From the IMG/VR virus record IMGVR_UViG_3300035687_000005, positions 408 through 64,407 of that record: 64,000 nt of DNA; one strand, 5' to 3'. The number at the start of each line of letters is the position of its first letter. The first letter of the stretch is position 1. Below, piece after piece: positions 9,051 to 19,073 of this stretch. The DNA comes from a virus (Duplodnaviria > Caudoviricetes). Under the pieces are notes generated by a model. It searched no databases, was not told the DNA's origin, and saw only the letters and a program-made list of their open reading frames with translations. Both the position numbers and the translations under genes were made by a program.

Positions 9051-9827
9051 CTAGAAGGGCGGCTCTTCGTCGTAAGCCGGCCGGCTGATGCCGAGGGCTT
9101 TGGCGGCCGGGCTGGACGCCTGGGCCCGCTGGATGCGGTCGCGGGCCTCCTGCTGGCGCGCGGCCAGGTCCGGGTCGACGGCGGCCTGCGCTGCGTGCTG
9201 GCTGAGGTCGTACGGCTGGGCGGGCTGCTGTGCTGCGCCACCCGTAGTCCGGCTCGCCTCCCACTTCTCCAGCAGGGCGGCCTTGTCGTAGCGGGTGCCG
9301 TCGGTGAGCCAGGGCACCTCGTCGACGGCCTTCCCGGTTCCGGCCCCACCGGCGGGGGGTTCGTACTCCGCCGACCAGGTGTTGGTCGCCGGACCGCTGC
9401 CGTCGCGGACCTTCTCACCGGAGATCAGGTAGAAGGTGCCGCCGATCTCCAGGCCGACCCGGTGGGCCTTGGCCTTCTTCAGCGCGGTGGCCACCGCGTC
9501 GCCGCCCCGCTTGCCTTCCAGCAGGGTGTGCTTGCGTCCCTTGCGTGGGTCTACGAAGATCCGGCGCTCGGTGTCGCCGTTCTCGTCCTCGACGCCGGTG
9601 TCGACGGTGATCTCCCACTGGCAGATCGGGTCGTTCGGCTTGCCGTCGGGGCCGTTGGCGGTGAAGACGCGGGCCCAGCTGCCGTCGGTGTTCTGCTGCA
9701 GGTACTGGGGGCGCTTGGTGTCGAAGTCGATGGTCTGCACGACGCGGAACTCGACGATCTTTCCGCCATGACGGTCGCCCGGCTTGACGAACTTCGCGTA
9801 CGGGGCACTGCTGACGCCGATGGGCAT
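9051..9827 (-). CDS. single-stranded DNA-binding protein
   Basis: Acidic/aromatic C-terminus YDEEPPF; lies between exonuclease and replicase; RBS AAGGAG. Confidence 0.65.
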   Translation of the reverse strand: MPIGVSSAPYAKFVKPGDRHGGKIVEFRVVQTIDFDTKRPQYLQQNTDGSWARVFTANGPDGKPNDPICQWEITVDTGVEDENGDTERRIFVDPRKGRKHTLLEGKRGGDAVATALKKAKAHRVGLEIGGTFYLISGEKVRDGSGPATNTWSAEYEPPAGGAGTGKAVDEVPWLTDGTRYDKAALLEKWEASRTTGGAAQQPAQPYDLSQHAAQAAVDPDLAARQQEARDRIQRAQASSPAAKALGISRPAYDEEPPF

Positions 9828-9907
9828 CGGGGTTCTCCTTGGGTCAGAGGATGGGTGTGTCGGTGGTGCACCCCTGCCGCTACCTACAGCGGTGGGGAGT
9901 TCTGGAT

Positions 9908-10972
9908 TCAGGTGCCGGACGCCAGCTGCGCCTTGCGGGCGGCAGCGGTCTGGGTGTGCAGTTCCGACCAGCACCCGCGCGCTGACAGGTCGCGCCAGAG
10001 CGCGACGAGTGCGTCGGGGTGAGTGGCGCTGCGAATGAGGTAGAGGTCCTGGTCGACTGTCGTGTTGCCGGTGTCGACGGCCTGCGGAGCGGGCCGGGCG
10101 GCCGGGATGAACGGCCTGCCCATCGCTTTCGAGGCCTTGCGTTGCTGCTGGACGTCGTAGGCCGTTTGGGCGGCCTCCCACCCGGCGACGAGGTCGAGCT
10201 CGTAGAGGGTGCAGATGCCTTGTTCGACGGGCAGGTGCATGACGATCCCGACGGTCCTGTCGAGGTCTTCGGGCAGCGGGACGAGGCCGCCGGTGTCGGG
10301 GTCGAGCATCGCGTCGGCGTAGGCGTATTCGGCGAGCTGGATGGCGATCTCGAGGAAGCCGAAGTCCACCGTCTTCTGCGTCTTCAGGTCACCGACGACG
10401 AGCCGCCCGTCGGCCAGCCGCAGCAGCCGGTCCAGGGTGCCGCCGGACTCGACGGTGGTGTTGACGACGATCCGCTCGATGAACTCGGTGGGTCGCAGGA
10501 TGCCGGCAGCGTCCATGCACCGCCGATACGCCTCGACGTCGAGCAGCAGCACCGCTGGGACCTGGTCGGCGATTTCGGCGAAGCGGCCGGCGTCGTCGTA
10601 CTCAGTGATGGTGTGCAGCAGCGTGCCGAGCTTCGACCCGTCCTCCGCTCCGGCAGCGCGCGCCGCGTCGTCGCAGAGTTCGTTTATCCGCTCTTTGGCG
10701 GCCTTGGCGGCACGCCAGTCGTCGGCCATGGCGAGGTCCTCGGCGGCCACGCTGACCGCTGTGAGCAACTCTGGTCGTTTGGTCAGGCCCTCGGCGACCA
10801 TCCGGCGCTTCCACTGGGTGATCTGGTAGTCGTCGGTCGGGATGTGCGCCAGGGTCGTCGCCCGGGTCCAGGACTGCTCTACTCCCGTGCGCGGGTCCGG
10901 CAGCAGGTACCGGCCGTACGCGTCCCGCTTGGCTTCGGGGCGCATCGAGTCGATGTGGACGATCTCGGTCAC
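9908..10972 (-). CDS. PD-(D/E)XK (RecB/Cas4-like) exonuclease
   Basis: GTLLH, GTLDRL, VGDLKT, QLAEYA motifs. Confidence 0.85.
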   Translation of the reverse strand: MTEIVHIDSMRPEAKRDAYGRYLLPDPRTGVEQSWTRATTLAHIPTDDYQITQWKRRMVAEGLTKRPELLTAVSVAAEDLAMADDWRAAKAAKERINELCDDAARAAGAEDGSKLGTLLHTITEYDDAGRFAEIADQVPAVLLLDVEAYRRCMDAAGILRPTEFIERIVVNTTVESGGTLDRLLRLADGRLVVGDLKTQKTVDFGFLEIAIQLAEYAYADAMLDPDTGGLVPLPEDLDRTVGIVMHLPVEQGICTLYELDLVAGWEAAQTAYDVQQQRKASKAMGRPFIPAARPAPQAVDTGNTTVDQDLYLIRSATHPDALVALWRDLSARGCWSELHTQTAAARKAQLASGT

Positions 10973-11100
10973 TGTTCCGCCTTCTCGTCGTGGGACCACT
11001 CGGCCTCCTGTTGGGACCACTCGGCGTAGTTCAGGCCGCACGAGGTGCACGGGGTATCGGGCTCCAGCTCGTCGGGCCAGATGTGCGCGCATGTGTTCAT
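10969..11100 (-). CDS. 43-aa Cys-containing peptide (not in ORF track)
   Basis: MNTCAHIWPDELEPDTPCTSCGLNYAEWSQQEAEWSHDEKAEQ; 4-nt overlaps on both sides. Confidence 0.55.
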   Translation of the reverse strand: MNTCAHIWPDELEPDTPCTSCGLNYAEWSQQEAEWSHDEKAEQ

Positions 11101-11579
11101 CGATTCGCCATCCCGCGTTCTTTCCACGCCCGGGAGGCACGGCCGCCGGGGCCGTAGAGCGGTGGGAGGCCTTGCCGGTCACGGCTCTTCTGCACGGTCT
11201 TGCGGTTACCGCCGATGCAGAGGCCGATCATCTCGTCGCTGTGGCCGAGGGCGTACAGCTCGGCCACCTTGGCGTCGAAGGCAACCTGCGGATCGGCGGT
11301 GGGTTCCTCGGGCTCGTCGAGGAGGTATTGCAGGTCGGCGGCGTTGCGGCGAACCCGTTGGGCGACCTGCCTGAGGCTGAGGCCGTGGTCGCGGCCGACG
11401 CGGATCACTTCGGCCTTCTCGTCTCGGCTCATGGCGGCGAACGCGACGCGTGCGGTGCCGCCACCGGCCAGTGCCCGGTCGATGGCGACGTGGTCGTAGG
11501 GGTAGTCGGCGGGGAGTTTGTTGAGGCAGGAAGGGCAGAGGTTGGTCACCACCAACGGCTGCTCGGCGACGGCGGTCAT
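11097..11579 (-). CDS. tandem HTH protein
   Basis: GLSLRQVAQRV and LGHSDEMIGLCIGGNRKTVQKSR. Confidence 0.65.
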   Translation of the reverse strand: MTAVAEQPLVVTNLCPSCLNKLPADYPYDHVAIDRALAGGGTARVAFAAMSRDEKAEVIRVGRDHGLSLRQVAQRVRRNAADLQYLLDEPEEPTADPQVAFDAKVAELYALGHSDEMIGLCIGGNRKTVQKSRDRQGLPPLYGPGGRASRAWKERGMANR

Positions 11580-12460
11580 CGGGTGCTCCCGGTGGTGGTC
11601 GTGGACGTGGCGCGCTGCGCCGCGCCGTATGGGGCGGCGGGCAGCGGGAGCAGGAGCAGCGGGTCGACCCGCAGCGCGTCGGCGAGCTGGACGAGGACGG
11701 ACACCCTGTCGAGGCCGCAGATGCCGCTCTCGACCTTCTCCACCCACGACTTGGTGCGGCCGGTGAGGTCGCCGAGTTCCTGCTGGGAGAGGCCGCGCCA
11801 GAGCCGTAGGTGGGTGACGCGGATCCGTACGGGCATCCGGTTAAGTGCGGCGGTGGCGTGTTCGCAGAGGACATGTCGGCTGGTGTTGAGGCCGCAGACG
11901 CCGCGGGGTGTGCCTTCGCCGCAGATCCAGGGGCCTTGGGGGTGGCGGATCTGCCGTTGGCCGTACACGGTGCGGACGTGGTTGTTGCGGGTGGTGGGCA
12001 GTTTCTGGGTGCCGATGCGGTGCCGGCGCCGCATCGCTCGGATGCGTCGACCGCCGACCATCCGCCCGCCGTCGAGCCCGCGCGCCTCGTCCCGTTCGAT
12101 GCACGTCTCGACGTCGACGTCCGTCATGTCCCAGACCTCGAAGTCGGCCCGGCAGTCGTTCGCTACGGCGCGAAGCCCGTTGATGTGGCTGGGTAGCAGG
12201 TTGGTGTCATCGCAGACCACGTCCACCCCGGCCCGCAGGAGTGCCCGGATGGCGCCCTGGAGCGCAACCGTGGTGTGCAGCTCGGCGTAGGTGGCGTTGA
12301 CGTCGTCCTCGTCGCCGCCGGTTTCGTCGTGCAGCATGTCCGCGATCTGGTCGGTGCCAACCCGAGCCCGACCGGCCGGATACTCGGCGACCCACCGCAT
12401 AGCCCGGGTCGTCTTGCCGCACCCTGGGAGGCCACGCGTGGCGATCAAAGTGTTCGTCAC
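11576..12460 (-). CDS. PNK-like P-loop kinase (AAA_33) fused to C-terminal XRE HTH
   Basis: GLPGCGKTT, VVCDDTNL, CIERDEAR; then LRLWRGLSQQELGDLTGRTKSWVEKVESG. Confidence 0.75.
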   Translation of the reverse strand: MTNTLIATRGLPGCGKTTRAMRWVAEYPAGRARVGTDQIADMLHDETGGDEDDVNATYAELHTTVALQGAIRALLRAGVDVVCDDTNLLPSHINGLRAVANDCRADFEVWDMTDVDVETCIERDEARGLDGGRMVGGRRIRAMRRRHRIGTQKLPTTRNNHVRTVYGQRQIRHPQGPWICGEGTPRGVCGLNTSRHVLCEHATAALNRMPVRIRVTHLRLWRGLSQQELGDLTGRTKSWVEKVESGICGLDRVSVLVQLADALRVDPLLLLPLPAAPYGAAQRATSTTTTGSTR

Positions 12461-12837
12461 GGCTGCCCACCGCCCTGCTCATACGTAGCAGTAGTTCTGA
12501 CCTGCTGGTCGTCTGCGTGTTCGGGGCAGTCGGGGTGTGTTCCGGTCCGGACCGGGCCCTTGCCCATGTCCACCCCGTAGAGCCGTCCGTAGCTCATCCG
12601 CTCGGCGGGGCAGGGGCAGGACTTTGGTTCGGCGGCGACCCCGTCCTGCGCGGCGATGGCCTCCAGGACGACGTCCGGCAGGTAGCAGCCGGGCTCGTCG
12701 CCCTCCTGGGCCAGGCTCTCATCGCCGTAGCCAATGTTGTGCTGGTCGCGGTCGTGGCCGCATTCGCCGCACACATCGCCCGTGGCTCGCACGAACCAGT
12801 CGCAGTCGCACCTGGTGTAGCCGGAGATCGACGTCAT
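12457..12837 (-). CDS. Cys-rich hypothetical protein
   Basis: Coupled ORF, 126 aa. Confidence 0.5.
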   Translation of the reverse strand: MTSISGYTRCDCDWFVRATGDVCGECGHDRDQHNIGYGDESLAQEGDEPGCYLPDVVLEAIAAQDGVAAEPKSCPCPAERMSYGRLYGVDMGKGPVRTGTHPDCPEHADDQQVRTTATYEQGGGQP

Positions 12838-12966
12838 CGGACGTCACCGCCCGCCGGCTTGTGCACGGGGTCGTGGTCCAGGCCCAGCACGCTGCCGTCG
12901 TCCTTGACGTGGATCAGGCGCCCGCGGAACCCCTCGATCAGGTTGCCGCAGACGGCACAGCACGGC

Positions 12967-13356
12967 CTACGCATCGGGCACCGCCGAGTGATTCGAACCG
13001 GTAGCCATCGTGTCCTCGTCGAGGTAGCCGAACTGCGCCTCCTGCTGGCCGTCGGCCGCGGTGCTCTGCGCCTCGATACGTCCATTGGCGGTGATCTCGA
13101 TAGACAGCCACGCACCGCCCTTGACGTGCCATTCGAGGCTGACTCCGCCGTCCTCGGTCGGGACGATGCCGCCTGGGGCCGTGACCTCGGGGATGGCGAG
13201 AGACGCGACAGCCAGCGAGCAGAGGAGGTTGCGGGCCCCCTCGATGGCGGCGGATGTGATGGCGCGGCCGTGTCCGTCGAGCCATCCGGGTTCGAGGGAG
13301 TTGAGATCCGACAAGCGGCGGTCGATCCGCTCCTGCCACGGGTGCGAGTCAGCCAC
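12967..13356 (-). CDS. hypothetical protein
   Basis: LEPGWLDGHG...IVPTEDGGVSLEW. Confidence 0.6.
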   Translation of the reverse strand: MADSHPWQERIDRRLSDLNSLEPGWLDGHGRAITSAAIEGARNLLCSLAVASLAIPEVTAPGGIVPTEDGGVSLEWHVKGGAWLSIEITANGRIEAQSTAADGQQEAQFGYLDEDTMATGSNHSAVPDA

Positions 13357-13831
13357 GGTCCACCGCCGCCGGGGGCTGCGGCGCGGTAACCGCGGATGGC
13401 CAGATCAGCCCGGTACGGCTTCGGTGATCTCCAGCGTGTCCGGCCGTGATGTCGCAGCCGTGGCACACGCATAGCGAACGATCGCCACAGTGGGCGTCAC
13501 CGCCCGACGTCTCTGGCTGCGGACGGGTAGCCCCGGTGTCGAGCGAGGTTGGGCCGTCCGCGGGGTCGTCGTCGCCGTTCTCCCAGTCCGGGCCGTCAGC
13601 GATCTCGTACGTGCAGCCGGACAGGTGGTGGCCGTTATCGCAGCCGATCGGCTGGCACGGCGCGGGCATCTCGACGGAGTCGTCCCACTCATTGATGATC
13701 CGCTGGAAGACGCCCCGAACCTGATGCGCCGGGCATCCCGGCACGACGCGCGGACGAGGGTCCGGCGGGTCGAACAGGTCCGTCGGGTCGCAGATGCACG
13801 GGAACTGCGGACGGTCGTCAGAGTTAGGCAC
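13349..13831 (-). CDS. hypothetical protein
   Basis: Coupled ORF with Cys clusters. Confidence 0.45.
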   Translation of the reverse strand: MPNSDDRPQFPCICDPTDLFDPPDPRPRVVPGCPAHQVRGVFQRIINEWDDSVEMPAPCQPIGCDNGHHLSGCTYEIADGPDWENGDDDPADGPTSLDTGATRPQPETSGGDAHCGDRSLCVCHGCDITAGHAGDHRSRTGLIWPSAVTAPQPPAAVDRG

Positions 13832-13834
13832 GGG

Positions 13835-14239
13835 TCAGCCTCTTTCGCTGGTCGGGGCGGGCTTGATGTAGTCCGTGCAGTTCGGGCACCAGAGCAGCCC
13901 GTGGCCGCGGTCCTCAAGCTGCGGGTGGCCGTCGGCGGCACACTCGGCGCGGCGCTGCTGGAGCTGGACATGTTGGTGCATGGCGACGTGCGAGTCGTGA
14001 TCGTCGGCGGCGCCGGTGTAGCCGTACACGGCGTCCCAGTCGTATCGACTGGTCTGCTCGGACGGAGCGATGCCGGTGACCCAGCCGTCGACGGGGTCGC
14101 CGCCACCGCGCCCGTAGTCGTAGCTGCCGGGGTACTCGGAGAACTTCTTGGCGGCGGCCTCGGGGCTGTCGGCCTCGACCCAGATCATTCGGACGACGGT
14201 CTCCTCGACGAAGACCGGGTAGCTCTGTGAGTCACCCAC
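13835..14239 (-). CDS. hypothetical protein
   Basis: GTG start VGDSQ; C-terminal CPNC. Confidence 0.5.
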   Translation of the reverse strand: MGDSQSYPVFVEETVVRMIWVEADSPEAAAKKFSEYPGSYDYGRGGGDPVDGWVTGIAPSEQTSRYDWDAVYGYTGAADDHDSHVAMHQHVQLQQRRAECAADGHPQLEDRGHGLLWCPNCTDYIKPAPTSERG

Positions 14240-14639
14240 GAGCACCCACCGCCTCCTGGTCGGACAGCTGGTGAGCGAGGAGTTCCAGGTGCTCCCAGAG
14301 GGCTTCTTCGCCGTGCTGGTCGAGGATGCCCGCGGCGATCCCGGCGGCGCTGACACCGACGCGAGGGTCGCGGGCGCTCAGCCAGCTGGCGTCGAGCACC
14401 TCGACGTACGGGTCGTAGGTCAGCGACCCGGCTCCGACCCCTTCGCGGAGGACGCGGTAGCGGTTGTCGTCCGTGCGGATCCGCTCCAGTCGAGGCGCGG
14501 CCGACTTCTGGGTGGCCTTCAGCTGGTCGACCTCAGCCTGCAACTGGGCGCGTTCGGCTTGGACCTTGGCGAGGTGGTCGGCGAGGACGTCGCGGTTGGC
14601 GTACCGCAGTTCCTCGGGGGTCAGATCACGGGTACTCAT
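14232..14639 (-). CDS. hypothetical coiled-coil protein
   Basis: 135 aa, coupled. Confidence 0.55.
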   Translation of the reverse strand: MSTRDLTPEELRYANRDVLADHLAKVQAERAQLQAEVDQLKATQKSAAPRLERIRTDDNRYRVLREGVGAGSLTYDPYVEVLDASWLSARDPRVGVSAAGIAAGILDQHGEEALWEHLELLAHQLSDQEAVGARG

Positions 14640-14649
14640 CGGTGTTCCC

Positions 14650-14865
14650 CTATGCCTGGTCGTCGTCGTTCGCGGGGAAGGGCTTGGCGAGCAGTTCCTC
14701 GAGGCGGCCGGTGTCGGCGGCGAGGTGCCGGTAGGTGGCGAGGCGGCGGCGCAGGACCCGGTTGGTGCGGCGTCCGGCGTGCCACCGCCAGCTGGTGAGT
14801 CCGGCGATGCCGGATGACACGAGGGCGACGATGGTCGCGGCGACGGCGATCCCGATGGGGTTCAT
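14650..14865 (-). CDS. small membrane protein
   Basis: N-terminal TM helix. Confidence 0.5.
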   Translation of the reverse strand: MNPIGIAVAATIVALVSSGIAGLTSWRWHAGRRTNRVLRRRLATYRHLAADTGRLEELLAKPFPANDDDQA

Positions 14866-15506
14866 GCGGTACCGACCACGTGGCAGCGGCAGGTGGTGCA
14901 GTGCTTGCCGGTCCGGACGGCCGCGGCGGTGGCGGCCTTCGTGGCCTTCCTCCGCTCCCTGGGGGTGGTGTAGCCGGCGCGGCGGGCGGCGAGGATCCCC
15001 AGGGCGGTGTCGATGCTCGTTTCGCCGTTGGCGACGCGTTCCTGCTCTTCCTCGTTGAGGTGGACGAGTAGGACCCGGTTGCGGACCCAGATGGGTGAGC
15101 GGCCGACGGCGCGGGCGATCTGCTCGCGGGTCATGTTGTGCTCGAACATCAGGGTGTGCAGGGCCTTGGCTTCGGCGATGGGGTCGAATGCCCGGGCGTG
15201 GGTGTGCATGGCGAGTTGCTGCTGGATTCGGGCGGCAGGGCCGTGGTCGCGGCGTAGGACGGCGTCGACGTGGGTGAGGCCGATCATCCGGGCGGCGGTG
15301 TGGCGGCGGTGTCCGTCGAGGATTTGGTACTGGTCGGCGGCCAACTCGCAGACGATGAGGGGTTTCTGCAGGCCGAGGGCCTGGATGGACTTGGCGAGGT
15401 CGCCGAGTTCGCCGAGGTTGCCGCGGGCATTGGGGCCGGGTTGGACGTGGTCGATGGGGATGCGCAGGAGCGCACCGTTGAGGGCGATGGCGTGGTCGAT
15501 GTCCAT
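14862..15506 (-). CDS. ParB/Spo0J-like protein
   Basis: LAKSIQALGLQKPLIV, YQILDGHRR, then HTH (MTREQIARAVGRS). Confidence 0.85.
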   Translation of the reverse strand: MDIDHAIALNGALLRIPIDHVQPGPNARGNLGELGDLAKSIQALGLQKPLIVCELAADQYQILDGHRRHTAARMIGLTHVDAVLRRDHGPAARIQQQLAMHTHARAFDPIAEAKALHTLMFEHNMTREQIARAVGRSPIWVRNRVLLVHLNEEEQERVANGETSIDTALGILAARRAGYTTPRERRKATKAATAAAVRTGKHCTTCRCHVVGTA

Positions 15507-15649
15507 CACGACCGGGCCTCCTTGGCGAGGCGGGCTTTCTTCTGGGTGTGGGTCATGCGGGCCCAGTCGGCGGGGGTGACCTTGGCGCGGATGCGGTTGG
15601 CTTCGTCGCGGGCGGCCATGCGGCGCAGGACGCGGGGACTGGCGGTCGC

Positions 15650-17825
15650 TCATGCTGGGCCTCCGTCGTCGAAGCGGGCGCGGAACTCGACGAGGCGGGC
15701 TTCGCGGTACCGCTCGTATGCGGTGTTGAGGCGGTCGCGTTCGGGCAGGCTGCCGAGGCAGCGGCTGGCGGCCTCTTCGAGTTCGAGGGCGGCGAGGGCC
15801 AGCCGTTTGGCGGCGTGTTCGTGGGGCGTGTGCTCGCGGGTGGTCCTCATGCCGCACCTGCCTCGGGTTGCATTCCGGCTCCGGGGCAGTCCTGATCGGA
15901 GGGCACGACGAGGGACCGGCCGTCTTCGGCGGGGCGGACCACCCAGATCGGGTGGTCTTGGACGACGTTGTTGAGGACGGGGGCGGGGCCGCCGCAGTTG
16001 GGGCATTCGCCGATGCGGGTTATGCCTTGGTTGCGCAGGTGGGATGGGTGGTCTTCGCCGCAGGTGTGTTGCAGGCCGTGGGCGACGTGCCAGACGTGGC
16101 AGCCGCGGCTGGGGCATGCGTCGAGGCCGTTGGGCGGGAGTCGGCGACGGTGCGAGATCACGGCGCACCTCCGTCGAGATGGCCTCGGAGGTCGCGGAGC
16201 AGGACGCACATCTGGCATCCGGCCTCGTGTTGGGGGTGGATTCCGGCGTGGCGTGCCTGGTGGGCCCAGACGTCGGCGTGGATGCGGCCGAGGGTGCGGG
16301 CGTCGTCGAGGGCGGCCCGGTGGGCGCGTGCGGGGTGGTCGAGGTCGGCGGTGAGCCTGCGCAGCTGGTGCGCCTCCGCGTGGCCGGCGGTCATCGGGTG
16401 CCCTCGACGTCCGGCGAGGATGACGGCTCGGCATCCAGGATCGGCGGCTCAGCTCGCCTGCTCTGCGGCATGCTGGTGAGGTGCCAGTACGGGCAGACTG
16501 GGCATTTGTAGTAGTCGATCTCAGTTTTGACGTGCCGGCGCTGGGCGGTGTTGCTTGTCGCCGCCCTCGCCAAGGCAGCGAGCGCTGCCGTTTCGCTGCG
16601 GTGATTCACCTTCCCAGAGCGGCGGCATACCTTAGCCATGGTCTGCACCGCCCTCCGGCGTACGGGCGCCGGCGGTGGTGTGCTGGTTGGCGAGGCGCCA
16701 TTCCTGCTCTTCGTCGATGACGTGCCGGTGGTGGGCGGCGAGGTTCCCGGGGCGGCAGCACCAGCGGCGCGCCTCGTGCTGGATCTGCTCGTCGGTGGCG
16801 TCGGCGAGCCGGGCGCGGAAGGTGGCCAGCTCGTCGGCCTGCTCGCGGTGGAGCAGTTCGACGTCGATGGCGTGGACGTAGATCGGTTCACCGCCGCGGG
16901 TGTCGTGCAGGAGGTCGCGGAGTTCGGCGGTGGTGAGACCGGCCAGGGCGCGGGTGAACGCGTCGAGGTGCAGCGTCGAGGTGCTCATCGCGCACCTCGC
17001 TGGATGAGCTGCGGGTACGTCTCGTCGTCGAACTCGGCGATGAAGTCGGCGACCGGATTGGCTACAGGCACAGACCCCCACGAGTCGACCTCGACGCGCA
17101 GGCAGGTGACGAGGTTGACCGGGATGTCGCGCGTCTGCAGGTAGTTCGCGACGGGGCACCGGGTCGGGTCGCCCACCACGCCGGTGATCCCGGCGGCGCG
17201 CAGGCTGAACGCGACCTTCTCGGGGGTGTTGCCGAGCGCTCCCAGCAGCTCGGTGACCCGGTCCGTGGGTGTCGTCATCGGGCACCTCCCCGGGGTGTGC
17301 GGGGGCGGCGCGGGTTGTACTGCTTGTCGGTGGGCAGCCCGGCGAAGTCGGCCTTCGCCCAGGCGTCGATGCGTGCGGCCTGCGTGGGGGTGGGGCCGTG
17401 TTCGGCGGCGACCTGCCGGTACATGGGCGGGTCGGTGGGCGCGGCGGCGAGGAGCTCTTCGACCTGCTGGCGGCTCACGACTGCTCACCGCCCTCGGCCT
17501 GGAAGCCCTCGTAGCAGGCGGACCAGATGTCGATGCGGCCGAAGCCCAGCCACAGCGGCTCGTCGCGCCCGTCCCACCGCTCCGCTCGAACGCTGACGAA
17601 TCCACTGGACGGGACCGACATGTCGTGGACGGGGCCACCGCCGAGGACCTCGGACCAGGCGGAGACGCCGGGGCGGTCCTCGTTCTCCAACCGGATCGAG
17701 ATGCCCGCTCCGCTTCCGAAGGTGATGCTCATCGGGGCGGGGAGGGCGTGCTGCTCGACGAGGTCGGCCAGGGTGCGGAGTGCGGTGATGCGCAGCCGGT
17801 CAGCAGCGCGTCCTTCGGGGTTCAT
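15650..17825 (-). CDS. run of ~8 small, translationally coupled early genes (15650-15850, 15847-16161, 16158-16394, 16391-16639, 16632-16988, 16985-17278, 17275-17478, 17475-17825)
   Basis: Overlapping stop/start codons. 16391-16639 carries YKCPVCPYWHLTS, a common phage motif. Functions unknown. Confidence 0.55.
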
Positions 17826-17986
17826 GGGATAATCCCTTCGTCGGCGTCACCGGGCTGTGCTGGCAAGCGGGTCCGGTGGCGCTGTTCTGTCTGGTGTGGT
17901 GCGCTTGGAGCGGGCCCGAGCCGGTGGCGCAGCCCCGGCGGCTTCGGAAGGTGTCGGGCGGCTCAGCCGGCCCGGGCCCGTGCTTT

Positions 17987-18265
17987 TCAGGCCGCCGTGC
18001 CTGCGGCGATGGGGGCGGTTGCGGGGTCGGGCTCCTCGTCGAGGGAGTCCTCATCGGTGGCCGACGGCAGCGCGGCGATGTACGCGTCGATGGCTTCCTG
18101 ACTGACGTAGACGCGGGCGCCCTGCCTCTTGGTGGTGAGCGCCTTGCTGGCGGTCAGCGCCCGGAACGTCCGCTCGGAGATGCCACCGAGCAGCGCGCGG
18201 GCTTCCTTCGAGTTGTAGAGCCGGTTACCGTGCACCGGGGTGCTTGCGGATGCTTTACCGTGCAT
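17987..18265 (-). CDS. xis: excisionase / Cro-like HTH protein
   Basis: LYNSKEARALLGGISERTFRAL...GARVYVSQEAIDAYI; divergent from the repressor. Confidence 0.7.
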   Translation of the reverse strand: MHGKASASTPVHGNRLYNSKEARALLGGISERTFRALTASKALTTKRQGARVYVSQEAIDAYIAALPSATDEDSLDEEPDPATAPIAAGTAA

Positions 18266-18300
18266 AGGAACAACGTACGCTCTTCCTACGCATAGGAACA
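18262..18300. promoter_or_regulatory. candidate operator/promoter of the early operon
   Basis: GCATAGGAACA twice (18262, 18290); imperfect palindrome TTCCTAcgcaTAGGAA; -10-like TACGTT 6 nt before the xis ATG. Confidence 0.55.
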
Positions 18301-18482
18301 CTCATACGTTCGGCTAATTACGCGAAGACAGACGGACGACCCAAAATGGGTGCATGCACCCCCAGGCACGCGAGGTCACGCCCGCGCACCCGTACGCATC
18401 CGCCCACGGCCCGCCTTCCCGCGCACGGGAAGATCATCACGGATGGGAAGGGACTCCCATGGACGGGATTTACCGTTTCCTC

Positions 18483-18917
18483 ATGCCCGCGAATCCGGAA
18501 GCGCGCCTGGCCGCGTTCTCGGCTTTCGTGCGCCGTGCACTCGACGAGGCGCGCGTCTCGCGGGGCCTCAGCGTCGAAGGCGTCGCCCGTCTGGCGGGCA
18601 TCGGCGTCAACACCGTCTACCTGTGGCGTAACGGCACGTTCAAGCAGTACCCGCTGGGTGAGAGCGTCGAGGCGTTCTGCGACGCGTTGAACATCCCCAC
18701 GTCGGCCGCGTTCAACATCCTGTGGCCGGGGAAGTCGGGCAAGGCTGCAAGCCCAGAGCCCATCCCGCCCGACCCGGACTTCGAGCTGCTGCTGCGCAAG
18801 CTTCGCGACCCGGCGGTTTCGGAGCGGGAGAGGTACCTGATCCGGGAGACGATCCGAGGTCTCGCCTTGCGCCCCAGCGCGTCCCCTGACGTCCGCAAGC
18901 GCCGCGACGCGGGCTAA
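18483..18917 (+). CDS. XRE-family immunity repressor
   Basis: RGLSVEGVARLAGIGVNTVYLWRNG HTH; -10-like TACCGT 6 nt before the ATG (leaderless). Confidence 0.75.
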   Translation: MPANPEARLAAFSAFVRRALDEARVSRGLSVEGVARLAGIGVNTVYLWRNGTFKQYPLGESVEAFCDALNIPTSAAFNILWPGKSGKAASPEPIPPDPDFELLLRKLRDPAVSERERYLIRETIRGLALRPSASPDVRKRRDAG

Positions 18918-19073
18918 TGCCCGTTCCCCCGTCCGTTGCGCAGCGATGGCCGTCCATAGGACTTAACAGACTGAGATTGATTAGTTACCCTACGATTTCA
19001 TGCCGCCGTCCGGGGTCCAGTCGGCCGGGGGTCAGCCTCACCGTCGCGCCCAGCGAGAGGAAGACCGCCCCCC

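Noticed and set aside
8959-9264. N-terminal 102 aa of the listed 1548-aa ORF
   Set aside because: Overlaps the SSB gene and an intergenic hairpin; the true start is more likely ATG 8958.
10991-11025. GGGACCACTCGGC direct repeat
   Set aside because: Only two copies, explained by the AEWS duplication in a small ORF.
14862-15506. Plasmid-prophage partition system
   Set aside because: ParB-like gene without a recognisable ParA or parS array; the element has int and attP.
15507-15653. Possible stop-codon readthrough after 15650 into ATASPRVLRRMAARDE...
   Set aside because: An in-frame ATG (MAARDEAN) can explain the small ORF; there is no evidence for readthrough.
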